Part shown: piece by piece, positions 9,135-18,641 of the stretch
Layout of the letters: each line of letters opens with the position of its first letter
How positions within the stretch are numbered: position 1 is the first letter of the stretch
Source of the DNA: a virus
Taxonomy: Duplodnaviria > Caudoviricetes
Direction: 5' to 3' (one strand)
IMG/VR virus record: IMGVR_UViG_3300045931_000347
Span: 1-60,291 of that record
DNA length: 60,291 nucleotides
Notes under the pieces: model-generated
Database searches by the model: none
Seen by the model: only the letters and a program-made list of their open reading frames with translations
What the model was told of the DNA's origin: nothing
Program-made: the position numbers and the translations under genes

Positions 9135-10063
9135 GCAGATTCAGTCGGCTGTCCGCAGCGCTGGCCAAGAGGGGCGCCCACGACCCCGACGCCCTGGCCG
9201 CGCACATCGGCCGGCGCAAGTACGGGCGGGCCGGTATGGCGGCCTTGGCGGCGAAGGGCCGGGCCCGCCACGCCAAGCGCTCCGAGACACCCCTCGGCGG
9301 GGAGATCATGCGTTACGACCGGATGTGGCCGCTGGATGACATCCTCATCCGCTCCGGCGGCGACGGACGCACCGTCGAGGCCTACGCGGCGGTGTTCGAC
9401 TCACCCAGCGAGATCACTGACCAGCACGGCCACTACCTGGAGGTCATCTCCCGCACCGCGTTCAACCGCGCCATCTCCCACGGCATCGACCGCATCAACG
9501 TCTTCTACAACCACGGGCTCAACCTGCACGGCACCCCGTCCGACCTCGGCTCGGTCCCCATCGGCTCCCCGGTCGACATCCGGCCCGACGGGCGCGGTCT
9601 GCGCACCGTCACCCGGTTCAACCGCAGCACGCTGGCCGACTCCGTCCTCGAGGCCGTCCGCGCCGGCGACATCAAGGGCTACTCGTTTAGGGGGAGGGTG
9701 TTCCAGTCCAACCCCGCCCGGGTCCCGAGAAGCCGGCCGGGCTCGCCGCTGCCGACCATCACCCGCACCGAGCTCGGCCTGGCCGAGTACGGCCCCACCC
9801 CCACCCCCGCCTACGCCGAGGCCGGCATCCTCGCCGTCCGCTCGGCCGCGGCGGTGGCCGCCCAGATCGTCTCACTGCCGTCAGACGAACGGGCCGAACT
9901 GGTACGCATGCTCGCCGTCTCCACTCCGCTCGACCCGGAGACGGAACCCGCCACTCCCGACGTGGGACCCGGCACCGAGGACTCGCCCGACGGGCGCTCC
10001 GGTCGGAACAGGGAAGCGATCGCCGCCATCCTCGGCGATCTCCGCACACAAGGAGTGCTGTAG
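9131..10063 (+). CDS. HK97-family prohead protease with basic N-terminal extension
   Basis: VEAYAAVFD..EVISRTAF..FYNH..IKGYSF..PTPAY motifs; directly upstream of capsid. Confidence 0.88.
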   Translation: MSRFSRLSAALAKRGAHDPDALAAHIGRRKYGRAGMAALAAKGRARHAKRSETPLGGEIMRYDRMWPLDDILIRSGGDGRTVEAYAAVFDSPSEITDQHGHYLEVISRTAFNRAISHGIDRINVFYNHGLNLHGTPSDLGSVPIGSPVDIRPDGRGLRTVTRFNRSTLADSVLEAVRAGDIKGYSFRGRVFQSNPARVPRSRPGSPLPTITRTELGLAEYGPTPTPAYAEAGILAVRSAAAVAAQIVSLPSDERAELVRMLAVSTPLDPETEPATPDVGPGTEDSPDGRSGRNREAIAAILGDLRTQGVL

Positions 10064-11533
10064 ATGGGCAAGAAGACCTCGGAGCGTCTGGCCGATGAGG
10101 CCGAGATCATCCGAGCCGAGATCAAGCGCATCGGCGAGTCCGACGAACCGTCCGAAGACGACGTCATCCTCGCCGGCGAACTGGCCGAGAAGCTCAAGGG
10201 CAAGGAAGTCCAGCGCCGCCAGGCCATCGCCAATGAGGACCGGCTGGAGGAGATCCTCGCCGCCGCATCCACCCCGGCCCGCCGCGAAGGCGTCGGCGCA
10301 CCACAGATCGTCCGCAAGGTCGACCCCTACGACGAGGACACCTACAAGGAGCTGCAGCGCAGCCTCTACAACGGCGGCGCCGAGCGGGCCTCCTTCGACG
10401 TGGACTCCATCGTCAGCCGGGCCAAGTACGCCGCCGAAGCGGCCCCCAAGGAACTGTTCGCAACCGACAAGCAGCGCGACGCCGCCGCCGAGCGGGTCAT
10501 GGCCCTGCTGGAGATGGACAACATCCACGCCCCGCTGATCGCCCGGCACATCCTGCTCACCGGCTCCGAGGACTACCGCAAGGCCTTCCGCGAGTACGTG
10601 CAGTCCGTGGGCAACTACACCCCCGAGCTGCTGCGTACCGCGATGAGCCTGACCGCCGGCAACGGCGGCGTGCTCGTGCCGGTGTTCCTGGACCCGACGA
10701 TCATCCTCACCAACGCCGGCATCACCGGCCCCATCCGCTCCATCTCCACCGTCAAGACCATCGCCACGAAGGAATGGGACGGGGTCACCTCCGCCGGCAT
10801 CTCCGCCTCCTGGACGGCAGAAGGCACCGAGACCGCCGACGCCACCCCCACCTACACCGGCCCCACCATCACCCCCAAGAAGGCCGACGCCTGGGTGTTC
10901 GGCAGCTACGAGGTGTTCCAGGACTCCGGCTTCGCCGCCGAACTGGGCCGCCTCCTGGCCGACGCCAAGGTCCGCCTCGAAGAGGCCGCCTTCGCCACCG
11001 CCAACACCGGCGCCACCCGCCCCCGCGGCGTCGTCGCCGCAGTCCAGGCGGTCACCGCATCCATCGTCACCTCCGCCACCACCAACGCCTTCGTCATCGG
11101 CGACGTCTACAACACCTCCGACGCGGTCAACCCCCGCCAGGAGTCCTCGATGGCCTGGCTCGCCCACAAGAAGATCTTCAGCAAGGTCCGCCAGTTCGAC
11201 ACCTCCGGCGGCGGCGGCTTCTGGGCCAACCTCGGCATGGGCCTTCCCCCGCAGCTGCTCGGCGCCGCGGCCCTGTCCTGCTCCTCGATGACCTCGGTGG
11301 TCTCCACCGGCGCGAACATCCTCCTCGCCGGGGACTTCTCCCAGTACTACATCGTGGATCGAGTCGGAATGAGCGTCATTTACGACCCCGTTATCCGATC
11401 AACGGGCAATAACCGGCCAACAGGGCAGAGTGGCTGGTATGCTTTCTGGAGAGTTGGGGCCGACGTCGTCAACAGCGACGCTTTCAGGCTCCTTCAACTT
11501 AATCAAGTGGCGGCGGCCACCGCCCTCGGCTAG
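10064..11533 (+). CDS. Major capsid protein, HK97 fold
   Basis: N-terminal coiled coil, GGVLVP, WTAEG, GDFSQYYIVDRVGMS, GWYAFWRVGA. Confidence 0.93.
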   Translation: MGKKTSERLADEAEIIRAEIKRIGESDEPSEDDVILAGELAEKLKGKEVQRRQAIANEDRLEEILAAASTPARREGVGAPQIVRKVDPYDEDTYKELQRSLYNGGAERASFDVDSIVSRAKYAAEAAPKELFATDKQRDAAAERVMALLEMDNIHAPLIARHILLTGSEDYRKAFREYVQSVGNYTPELLRTAMSLTAGNGGVLVPVFLDPTIILTNAGITGPIRSISTVKTIATKEWDGVTSAGISASWTAEGTETADATPTYTGPTITPKKADAWVFGSYEVFQDSGFAAELGRLLADAKVRLEEAAFATANTGATRPRGVVAAVQAVTASIVTSATTNAFVIGDVYNTSDAVNPRQESSMAWLAHKKIFSKVRQFDTSGGGGFWANLGMGLPPQLLGAAALSCSSMTSVVSTGANILLAGDFSQYYIVDRVGMSVIYDPVIRSTGNNRPTGQSGWYAFWRVGADVVNSDAFRLLQLNQVAAATALG

Positions 11534-11551
11534 TACAGAGCAACCGAAACG

Positions 11552-11566
11552 TGGTACAGTGCGGGG
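11552..11566 (+). promoter_or_regulatory. Extended -10 promoter for leaderless HNH transcript
   Basis: TGG-TACAGT ends 6 nt before ATG 11567; no SD. Confidence 0.5.
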
Positions 11567-12412
11567 ATGGAACCACTCATTCCCGCACTGGTCACGTGCT
11601 CCGAACCAGGCTGTGACCGACCAATCCACAGCAAGGGCTTGTGCCAACCGCACTACCGTCAGGCTCGGCGCAAAGTCACCGCGCCGGATCTGAACTGCGT
11701 GCGATGCGGCACCCTCATCCCCTCGGGCCTGATTGGCCGGCGCCGGCAGTACTGCAGCGAAGAGTGCCGTAAGCCCAAGGCCAATCGCGTGCGTACGACA
11801 GACGCGGCGTGCATCGAGCCCGGCTGCGATCGGTACCCGAACGGCGCCCGCGGCTACTGTCGGCCGTGCTACCACAAGCACAAGAACGCTGGTGACTTCG
11901 GTGGCGAGCTCTGCACCGAGCCCGACTGTGAAGGGCTCGCGTACGGGCACGGGCGCTGCAGAAAGCACCTTTGGCAAGCGCAAGAGTCCGGCCTGATTCC
12001 CCGCCCAGCCTGCTCGGTAGAGGGTTGCGGAAGGCCGAGCAGGGCGAACGGCCTCTGTCAGCGCCACCTGATGCGGGTCAGGACTCACGGCGAGCCCGGT
12101 GAGGCGGCGGCCCGGAGGCGCGCCAGCGGCGAGGGCCACCTCTCGAGAGTCGGCTACATCGACATCTCCGTTGGCGGTCGGAAGATCGGCCAGCACCGTC
12201 ACGTGATGGAGGAGCACCTCGGCCGGTACCTCTGGCCGTGGGAGTCGGTGCACCACAAGAACGGGCGGCGCTCGGACAACCGGCTGGAGAACCTTGAACT
12301 GTGGGTGCGGGGTCAACCCGCAGGCCAGCGGCTTGAGGACCACATCGCCTTCATCGTCGAGCACTACCCCGAGGAAGTACGTCAAGCACTAGCGAAAAGG
12401 AGCTCGCCATGA
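11567..12412 (+). CDS. Free-standing HNH endonuclease with repeated Cys/His zinc motifs
   Basis: [30 protein letters not shown]; four CxxxxC..GxCxxH/C repeats. Confidence 0.9.
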   Translation: MEPLIPALVTCSEPGCDRPIHSKGLCQPHYRQARRKVTAPDLNCVRCGTLIPSGLIGRRRQYCSEECRKPKANRVRTTDAACIEPGCDRYPNGARGYCRPCYHKHKNAGDFGGELCTEPDCEGLAYGHGRCRKHLWQAQESGLIPRPACSVEGCGRPSRANGLCQRHLMRVRTHGEPGEAAARRRASGEGHLSRVGYIDISVGGRKIGQHRHVMEEHLGRYLWPWESVHHKNGRRSDNRLENLELWVRGQPAGQRLEDHIAFIVEHYPEEVRQALAKRSSP

Positions 12413-12600
12413 CGAGCCCACACCAGTGGATGTCCGGTGACTACCTGGGCCCGGCCAACTCGGTGCATCCGGCCACAGCCACACCCGATGAGGGTGAGGC
12501 GAACTCGGCGGTCGCGTCGTCGACGGGTAACCGGGACGGGTCCGGGGTGCTGGATGTGGCGAACATGTCCAACCCGGGTACGCACTCGGCTGGTTCGTAA
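12409..12600 (+). CDS. Hypothetical protein
   Basis: AAGGAG RBS; coupled to neighbours. Confidence 0.6.
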   Translation: MTSPHQWMSGDYLGPANSVHPATATPDEGEANSAVASSTGNRDGSGVLDVANMSNPGTHSAGS

Positions 12601-12779
12601 TGCCCGACGAAGTGATGCGCGAGTCCGATGTCGAGCCGAGGGGTTCGGCGGGGCTGGTGAACCAGGGGTCGAAGGAGACGGTCGAGCAGGTCGGCCCGCT
12701 CTACAGCGACCTGGCTGCCGCCACGGCGGCGGCGGCGATGTCCAAACGGGACGCCGACCAGGCGGTCCTGGACAGGTAA
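12600..12779 (+). CDS. Hypothetical protein (59 aa, MPDEVMRES...)
   Basis: TAATG coupling; ends just before terminator. Confidence 0.5.
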   Translation: MPDEVMRESDVEPRGSAGLVNQGSKETVEQVGPLYSDLAAATAAAAMSKRDADQAVLDR

Positions 12780-12792
12780 GCACACACAGACG

Positions 12793-12821
12793 GAAGGCCG
12801 GTCTCCCAGGGACCGGCCTTC
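12793..12821 (+). terminator. Intrinsic terminator after capsid operon
   Basis: GAAGGCCGGTC / GACCGGCCTTC 11-bp stem followed by TCTAT. Confidence 0.75.
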
Positions 12822-12840
12822 TCTATGCCTGGGAGATGGA

Positions 12841-13095
12841 ATGAGAGATCTGGCACTTACCGAGGCCGAGCGTCGGACGCTCGCGTATGCCGCCCAGCGC
12901 GAGGCGGCCAACGAGGAAGATTTCCGCTACTGGCACCCAGATCCGGTCGAGCGCGAGCGGCTACGCAAGCGCTGGCGGGAGATCGCCGGTGTGCTGCTCG
13001 ATCAGGAGCCCGCCCGCCCGCTGGCCGAAAGCATCGCGGACGCGGTCGCGGAGGCAACGGCCAACCCCGGCCGCATCGTCGAGGCCCAGCCATGA
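12841..13095 (+). CDS. Hypothetical protein
   Basis: GGAG upstream; ATGA overlap with next gene. Confidence 0.55.
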   Translation: MRDLALTEAERRTLAYAAQREAANEEDFRYWHPDPVERERLRKRWREIAGVLLDQEPARPLAESIADAVAEATANPGRIVEAQP

Positions 13096-13850
13096 GAGAT
13101 CCGAACGAAAAGGTTGTGGTGGCGTTCCTGCACGCCGGCCAGTGGGAGTCCTCGTTCGGGGAGTCCCTGGTCAACCTGCTGATGTATGACGTGGCGCTGC
13201 ATCGGCGGATCGTGCACGGCGGCGGGTGGATGGCGGTGCAGGCTTCGGCGAACCTGGCCGGGCCCCGCAACGGGCTGGTCAGGCAGTTCCTCAACTACGG
13301 CGCCGCGGACTGGTTGTGGATCGTCGACTCGGACATGACGTTCTCCCCGGACACGCTGGAGCGCCTGCTGGAGCACGCCGACCCGGACCGGGCCCCGATC
13401 GTGGGGGCGTTGTGTTTCGGCTTCGACGACAAGGGCGAGGTGCAGCCGACCCTGTACGGGCTGGATGGGGACGAGTCCGACCCGGAGCATCTGGGGGTGG
13501 TCCGCTACCACGAGTGGCCGCCGGAGACGATGATGCAGATCGCGGCCACCGGCACCGGGTGCATCCTGGTGCACCGCGGCGTGTTCGAGCGGATCCGCGA
13601 CGTGCAGCTGCCCAACCGGGACCGGCCGGGGTTCAACGACGCGTTCCCGTGGTTTCAGGAGACCGAGCACAACGGCTCGCCGGTGGGGGAGGACATCACC
13701 TTCTGCTGGCGGGCGGGTCTGCTGGAGATCCCGGTGTACGTGAACACGGCGGTGCAGTGCGGGCACGTGAAGAAGCGGCTGCTGACCGCCGAGTCGTACT
13801 TCCTGGGGCGGGGGCTGCTGTCCCCCCAGCACGCGGGGGCGGCGGTATGA
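13092..13850 (+). CDS. Glycosyltransferase (GT-A fold)
   Basis: PRNGLV..WLWIVDSD (DxD), TGTGCILVHRGVFE, GEDITFC, GHVK. Confidence 0.85.
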   Translation: MRDPNEKVVVAFLHAGQWESSFGESLVNLLMYDVALHRRIVHGGGWMAVQASANLAGPRNGLVRQFLNYGAADWLWIVDSDMTFSPDTLERLLEHADPDRAPIVGALCFGFDDKGEVQPTLYGLDGDESDPEHLGVVRYHEWPPETMMQIAATGTGCILVHRGVFERIRDVQLPNRDRPGFNDAFPWFQETEHNGSPVGEDITFCWRAGLLEIPVYVNTAVQCGHVKKRLLTAESYFLGRGLLSPQHAGAAV

Positions 13851-14029
13851 AGATGCGCGCGACCCAGAACTTCGCCTACGGCACGAAGCTGGGCGAGTCG
13901 TGGATCCACGGCGGCACGGTCCTGGAAGAGGACGACCCGGTGGTGAAGGCGTTCCCGGACCTCTTCGAACCCGTCTACGAGACGGTGCCCAACCCGGCCC
14001 CACCGCCGAGGCGGCGACGCAATGGCTGA
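13847..14029 (+). CDS. Small hypothetical protein
   Basis: ATGA coupling; DDPVVKAFPDLFEP. Confidence 0.55.
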   Translation: MKMRATQNFAYGTKLGESWIHGGTVLEEDDPVVKAFPDLFEPVYETVPNPAPPPRRRRNG

Positions 14030-14309
14030 CTTCGTCGAACATGGAGGCCACGCCTCCGAGGCGGGTTTCGACGCTTCAAAGCTCCCGCGTTTGCCAGACG
14101 GACCGGGGCCCGGCGTGGCTGCACAGGAAGCCGTGCTGGTAAGGCCCGGCGACACCCTCGCGGTTCGGGTGCACCCTCACACAACGCCGGAACAGGGCAA
14201 GCGACTGCTCGACGAACTCCGTGCACTGTGGCCGGACGGTGAGGTCAAGGGCGTCGTTGTCGCCGCCGAGCAGATCCTGGTCTACCGCCCGGACGGCGAC
14301 GATGTTTGA
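14022..14309 (+). CDS. Hypothetical protein
   Basis: Coupled ORF. Confidence 0.5.
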   Translation: MADFVEHGGHASEAGFDASKLPRLPDGPGPGVAAQEAVLVRPGDTLAVRVHPHTTPEQGKRLLDELRALWPDGEVKGVVVAAEQILVYRPDGDDV

Positions 14310-14481
14310 CCGACTTCCGACTCTCCCCGAGGGGCAACATTGGTTGAGGCTCGCGGTGCCCGTCCCCGACACATGTCGCGATCCTTCCAGCGCCGATCAG
14401 CGAGAGCTTGTCAGGCAAGCCGTGCTTGAGGCACTCGATGCCCTCCTCGCCGAGGGCATCGAGTGGGAGCTGACGCCATGA
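14302..14481 (+). CDS. Hypothetical protein
   Basis: Coupled ORF MFDRLPTL... Confidence 0.45.
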   Translation: MFDRLPTLPEGQHWLRLAVPVPDTCRDPSSADQRELVRQAVLEALDALLAEGIEWELTP

Positions 14482-15167
14482 CCGACCTCGTCGTCATCGT
14501 GCCCTCCCGGGGTCGTCCGGAGGCCGCGCGGCAACTGGCCGAAGCGTTCCGCGCTACGGCGACCGGCTCCGCCTGGCTCGTGTTTGCCGTCGACGCCGAC
14601 GATCCGTCCGACTATGAAGGCGCGGTCGTCGAACCTCAGTTGGCGTCGGTGCTCAAGGGTGCTAGCCGCTGCATGGGCGAGGCGCTTAATGCCCGCGCCA
14701 CCGGCTTCGCTGAGATCGGTGAGGACAGCCCATTCGCAGTCGGGTTCATGGGTGACGATCATCGCCCACGCTCCGTCGGGTGGGACAAGGCCTACCTCGA
14801 CGCCCTGCGAGAACTGGGGACGGGCATCGTCTACGGCAACGACCTGCTGCAGGGGGAGAACCTGCCCACCCAGTGCGCGATGACCTCCGACATCATCCAG
14901 GCCCTCGGCTACATGGCACCGCCGTCGCTGAGGCACCTCTACATCGACAACTTCTGGAAGATCCTCGGCAACGGGGCGGACTGTCTGCGCTACCTGCCTG
15001 ACGTGATCGTCGAGCACGTGCATCCGATGGCGGGCAAGGCCGAGTGGGATGCCAACTACGCCCGGGTCAACTCCGCCCAGATGTACGAGCACGACAAGAC
15101 CGCGTTCGAGGAGTGGCTGCGAACGTCGATGGTCTCCGACGTGGCGAAGGTGCGGGCACTGCGGTGA
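14478..15167 (+). CDS. Glycosyltransferase (GT2-like)
   Basis: VVIVPSRGRP, FAVDADD, FMGDDH, HLYIDN, IVEHVHP. Confidence 0.82.
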   Translation: MTDLVVIVPSRGRPEAARQLAEAFRATATGSAWLVFAVDADDPSDYEGAVVEPQLASVLKGASRCMGEALNARATGFAEIGEDSPFAVGFMGDDHRPRSVGWDKAYLDALRELGTGIVYGNDLLQGENLPTQCAMTSDIIQALGYMAPPSLRHLYIDNFWKILGNGADCLRYLPDVIVEHVHPMAGKAEWDANYARVNSAQMYEHDKTAFEEWLRTSMVSDVAKVRALR

Positions 15168-16438
15168 AGCGGGTCATCTCCTTCACCCTGTTCGGGTCGG
15201 ATCCGACCTACGCCAAAGGCGCGGTGGCGAACGCGAAGCTGGCCGCCCAGTTCTACCCGGGCTGGGTGTGCCGCTTCCACGTCGGGGACAGCGTCGATCG
15301 GAACTGCCTGACCGAGTTGGTGATGGCACCCAACACCCAGGTGATCCTGCACACCGGCGAGCCGGAGGACTGGACGGCGCTGTTCTGGCGCTTCCACGGC
15401 CTGGACGACGAGCAGGTCGGCGCCTGGCTGCTTCGGGACTGCGACAGCCGCATCAACGCCCGCGAGGCGGCCGCGGTCAACGAATGGCTGGTCACGGACG
15501 CGCTGTTCCACGTGATGCGGGATCATCCAGCCCACGTCCTGCCGGTGATGGCGGGCATGTGGGGGGCGCGCGGGGAGGGAGCACGTAAGCTCGCCCCGCT
15601 GCTGCCGGACAAGCCCTCGGCCGAGCATTCCATGGTCGACCAGGTGTGGCTGCGCGATGTCGCCTACCCGGTGATGCGCCCGTCCCTGCTGGTGCACGCC
15701 GATGCCGGCATGGGCTTCGGGGACGAGGTGATCCACCCGTTCCCCACCCCCCGCGGCGCTTCGCCGTCGGGGGGGTTCGAGTTCGTTGGGCAGGGATTCG
15801 ACGGACAGGACAAGCCAAGGCTCGCCCAGGAGGGGTACCGGGTCTCCGCCGAACCCAGGCACGAGTGGCGACTCTTCCCCGAAGGAACGATCCCGGAGTG
15901 GACCACCCCGCAGTGGTATGCGGGGCGCGAGCACGCCCCGCACCTGGAACAGGCCGTGCACCGGGACCGGCTGATGCACTCGGCCGCCCAGGTGGCCCAG
16001 GAGGCCATGTCGGGGCTCCGGACGCTGGTGGACCTGGGCGCCGGCGACGGCGGACTGCTGTCCCTGCTCGGGCCGGCGATCCGGGCCTGGGGCTACGACC
16101 TGCAGCCTACCAACCTCGAGGCGGCCAAGCGCCGCGGCGTGGACGTCCGCTACGGCGACGTGCTCACCGACGACATCGAGTGGGGCGACATCGCGGTCGC
16201 GACGGAGATGCTCGAGCACCTGCTCGACCCGCACGGCTTCGTCCGGAAGATCGCCGAACACGCCAAGGTGCTCGTCTGCTCCTCGCCGAGACTGGAGACC
16301 GCCGACGAGCACTACGAGTTCCACACCTGGGCCTTCGATGCGGTGGGCTACCGGGCGCTGGTGGAGGACAACGGCTGGCGGGTCAAGCGCCACACCCCGG
16401 TGCACGGGTTCCAGGTCATCGTGGCGGTGAGGGCATGA
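15164..16438 (+). CDS. Putative glycosyltransferase fused to class I SAM methyltransferase
   Basis: N-half ISFTLFG..LFWRF..RDCDSR..MRDHP.H..MAGMWG; C-half LVDLGAGDG, TEMLEHL. Confidence 0.75.
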   Translation: MKRVISFTLFGSDPTYAKGAVANAKLAAQFYPGWVCRFHVGDSVDRNCLTELVMAPNTQVILHTGEPEDWTALFWRFHGLDDEQVGAWLLRDCDSRINAREAAAVNEWLVTDALFHVMRDHPAHVLPVMAGMWGARGEGARKLAPLLPDKPSAEHSMVDQVWLRDVAYPVMRPSLLVHADAGMGFGDEVIHPFPTPRGASPSGGFEFVGQGFDGQDKPRLAQEGYRVSAEPRHEWRLFPEGTIPEWTTPQWYAGREHAPHLEQAVHRDRLMHSAAQVAQEAMSGLRTLVDLGAGDGGLLSLLGPAIRAWGYDLQPTNLEAAKRRGVDVRYGDVLTDDIEWGDIAVATEMLEHLLDPHGFVRKIAEHAKVLVCSSPRLETADEHYEFHTWAFDAVGYRALVEDNGWRVKRHTPVHGFQVIVAVRA

Positions 16439-16773
16439 ACGAACTCGACACGCTGCACCGAGGGAAGATCGTCAACAGTGCCCGGCCCGAGTGGGTGATG
16501 CTCGGTGCCCAGTGGGACGGGCCCGGGGTGCTGCTCCTGGCGTCGCGGACCCTCACCCATGCCGAACTGGACTTCCGTGCCAAGCGGTACGACTTCCGCG
16601 ACTGGGCGCAGTTCCTGACGCAGTTCCGGCCGGAACTGACGCTCGCGGTGCATATGCACGACGACTACGTGCTCGTCTTCGGCGAGAGCTACGTCGAGTG
16701 CCTCGCGACCTTGCTGCGCCAGTGGACGCCGGACAACCCAGCTGTCCCGTTGGCGATCGAGGCGGCGACATGA
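16435..16773 (+). CDS. Hypothetical protein
   Basis: ATGA coupled on both sides. Confidence 0.55.
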   Translation: MNELDTLHRGKIVNSARPEWVMLGAQWDGPGVLLLASRTLTHAELDFRAKRYDFRDWAQFLTQFRPELTLAVHMHDDYVLVFGESYVECLATLLRQWTPDNPAVPLAIEAAT

Positions 16774-17324
16774 GACGCGAGCGGCTCCGCCCGGCCTACT
16801 CAGATGAGGTGCTGGGAACCTACTACGCCACCCCGCACCGCCACTTCGACAACCCCGACCACCGGTTACGGGTGGCGATCACCATTGCCATGGCCCGGGC
16901 GCTCGGCCCGGTTCAGTCCGTGGCCGACCTGGCGTGCGGGGACGCCGCCGTCGCCTCGGCGGTGAACGCCCCCCAGCGCTACCTCGGCGACCTGGGCGTG
17001 GGCTACCCCATCCACGGCCCGATCGAGTCGACGATCGAAGCGATCCCCCACGTGGACCTGTTCGTGTGCACCGAGACGATGGAGCATCTCGACGACCCGG
17101 ACACGGTCCTCAAGGCCATCCGGGGCAAGTCGACGACGCTGCTCCTGTCGACCCCGGTGGGGTGCTTCCACGACACGAATCCGGAGCACTACTGGGCCTG
17201 GGACCGCGAGGCGGTCGAAGCGATGGCCGCCGACGCCGGATTCGCCCCGTTCACCTACGCCAGCCTCGACCTGACCTCGTACGGCCCTGATCACTACGAG
17301 TTCGGGATCTGGCTATGCCGGTAG
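16770..17324 (+). CDS. SAM-dependent methyltransferase
   Basis: VADLACGD, DLFVCTETMEHLDDP, LLLSTP. Confidence 0.82.
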   Translation: MRRERLRPAYSDEVLGTYYATPHRHFDNPDHRLRVAITIAMARALGPVQSVADLACGDAAVASAVNAPQRYLGDLGVGYPIHGPIESTIEAIPHVDLFVCTETMEHLDDPDTVLKAIRGKSTTLLLSTPVGCFHDTNPEHYWAWDREAVEAMAADAGFAPFTYASLDLTSYGPDHYEFGIWLCR

Positions 17325-18109
17325 CCCTCGTCACGGGCAGCTCGGGGTTCCTGGGCCGCCACTTCGTCGCCGCCCTTTCGGGCTGGGATGTGGAGCAGGT
17401 CGACACCGCCTGGGGCGGGGACCTGATGCGGATGGTGCTGTCTCAGACCATGACCTACGACCTGGTGGTCCACGCCGCGGCACGCAGCCCCCACCGAGCC
17501 GCGATCGACGGCGACCCCGCAAGCCACCTCTACAACCGGATGCTGGACGCGGCCCTGTTCGACTGGGCGGTAAGGACCGGTCAGCGCCGGGTGCTCTACC
17601 TGTCCTCGTGTGCTGTCCTGGACGAGAAACCCGACGCCTACGGGCAGTACAAGCTGGCCGGGGAGACCATGGCTCAGCATGCGCGGGACGCGGGCGTGGC
17701 GGTGACGGTGGTCAGACCGTACTCCGGCTACGGCGAGGACCAGAGCGAGGACTTCCCCTTCGGCGCGTTCGTGGCGCGAGCCAAGCGCAGACAGGACCCG
17801 TTCCCGCTATGGAACCCGGACGCGGTGCGGGACTGGATCCACGTCGACGACGTGATTTCCGGGGCGCTGGCCATAGTCGAGTCGGGCACCGAGTATCCGG
17901 TGAGCCTGTGCACCGGCATCGGCACCTCCTGCGGGGATCTGGCGCGGATGGTGTGCGAGATCGCCGGCTACCACCCGGCGTTCCTGACCGAGGCCGGCAT
18001 GCCGCAGGGAACTCACCGCAGGGTCGGAGACCCCGCGGTGATGTTGACCCACTACACCCCGAAGGTGGACCTGGCCGAAGGCATCTGGCGGGCGTGGACA
18101 TCACCGTAG
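17315..18109 (+). CDS. NAD-dependent nucleotide-sugar epimerase/dehydratase
   Basis: LVTGSSGFLG, YLSS, YGQYK (YxxxK), RDWIHVDD. Confidence 0.92.
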   Translation: MPVALVTGSSGFLGRHFVAALSGWDVEQVDTAWGGDLMRMVLSQTMTYDLVVHAAARSPHRAAIDGDPASHLYNRMLDAALFDWAVRTGQRRVLYLSSCAVLDEKPDAYGQYKLAGETMAQHARDAGVAVTVVRPYSGYGEDQSEDFPFGAFVARAKRRQDPFPLWNPDAVRDWIHVDDVISGALAIVESGTEYPVSLCTGIGTSCGDLARMVCEIAGYHPAFLTEAGMPQGTHRRVGDPAVMLTHYTPKVDLAEGIWRAWTSP

Positions 18110-18639
18110 CGATCCCCACCATCCCGGGCCGGCGGGAACTGCTGCACCGCGCGATCGACTCGGTGCGGGCGCAGACCCACCCGACGAAGATCCAGGTGGC
18201 CCTCGACACGAACGGGGAGGGCGCGGCGGCGACCCGCAACCGGGCGCTGGCGCAGGTCGACACCGAGTGGGTGGCGTTCCTCGACGACGACGACGAGCTC
18301 AAACCCCACCACCTCAAGCTGTGCGCCCGCCACGCGGTCCTGACCGGCGCGGACCTGGTGTATCCGGGGTTTGACGGCGAGGACGACACCGGCATGTTCG
18401 GGGTGCCGTTCGACGCGCTGCTGCTGCGCCGGCGCAACTACATCCCCGTCACGGTCCTGGTCCGCACCGATCTGGTGCGAAGCGGGTTCACCCCCCACCC
18501 GGACGAGTACGGCAACCCGTGCGAGGACTGGGGACTGTGGCTGAAGCTCCTCGACGCCGGGGCGAGGTTTAGCCACCTGCCCCAGCGGACCTGGATCCGT
18601 AACCCCGGCGGAACCCGCGGACGACCCGAGGAGGGCTGA
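18094..18639 (+). CDS. Glycosyltransferase family 2
   Basis: ITVAIPT, RAIDSVRAQT, TRNRAL, WVAFLDDDD, EDWGLWL. Confidence 0.88.
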   Translation: MDITVAIPTIPGRRELLHRAIDSVRAQTHPTKIQVALDTNGEGAAATRNRALAQVDTEWVAFLDDDDELKPHHLKLCARHAVLTGADLVYPGFDGEDDTGMFGVPFDALLLRRRNYIPVTVLVRTDLVRSGFTPHPDEYGNPCEDWGLWLKLLDAGARFSHLPQRTWIRNPGGTRGRPEEG

Positions 18640-18641
18640 AG

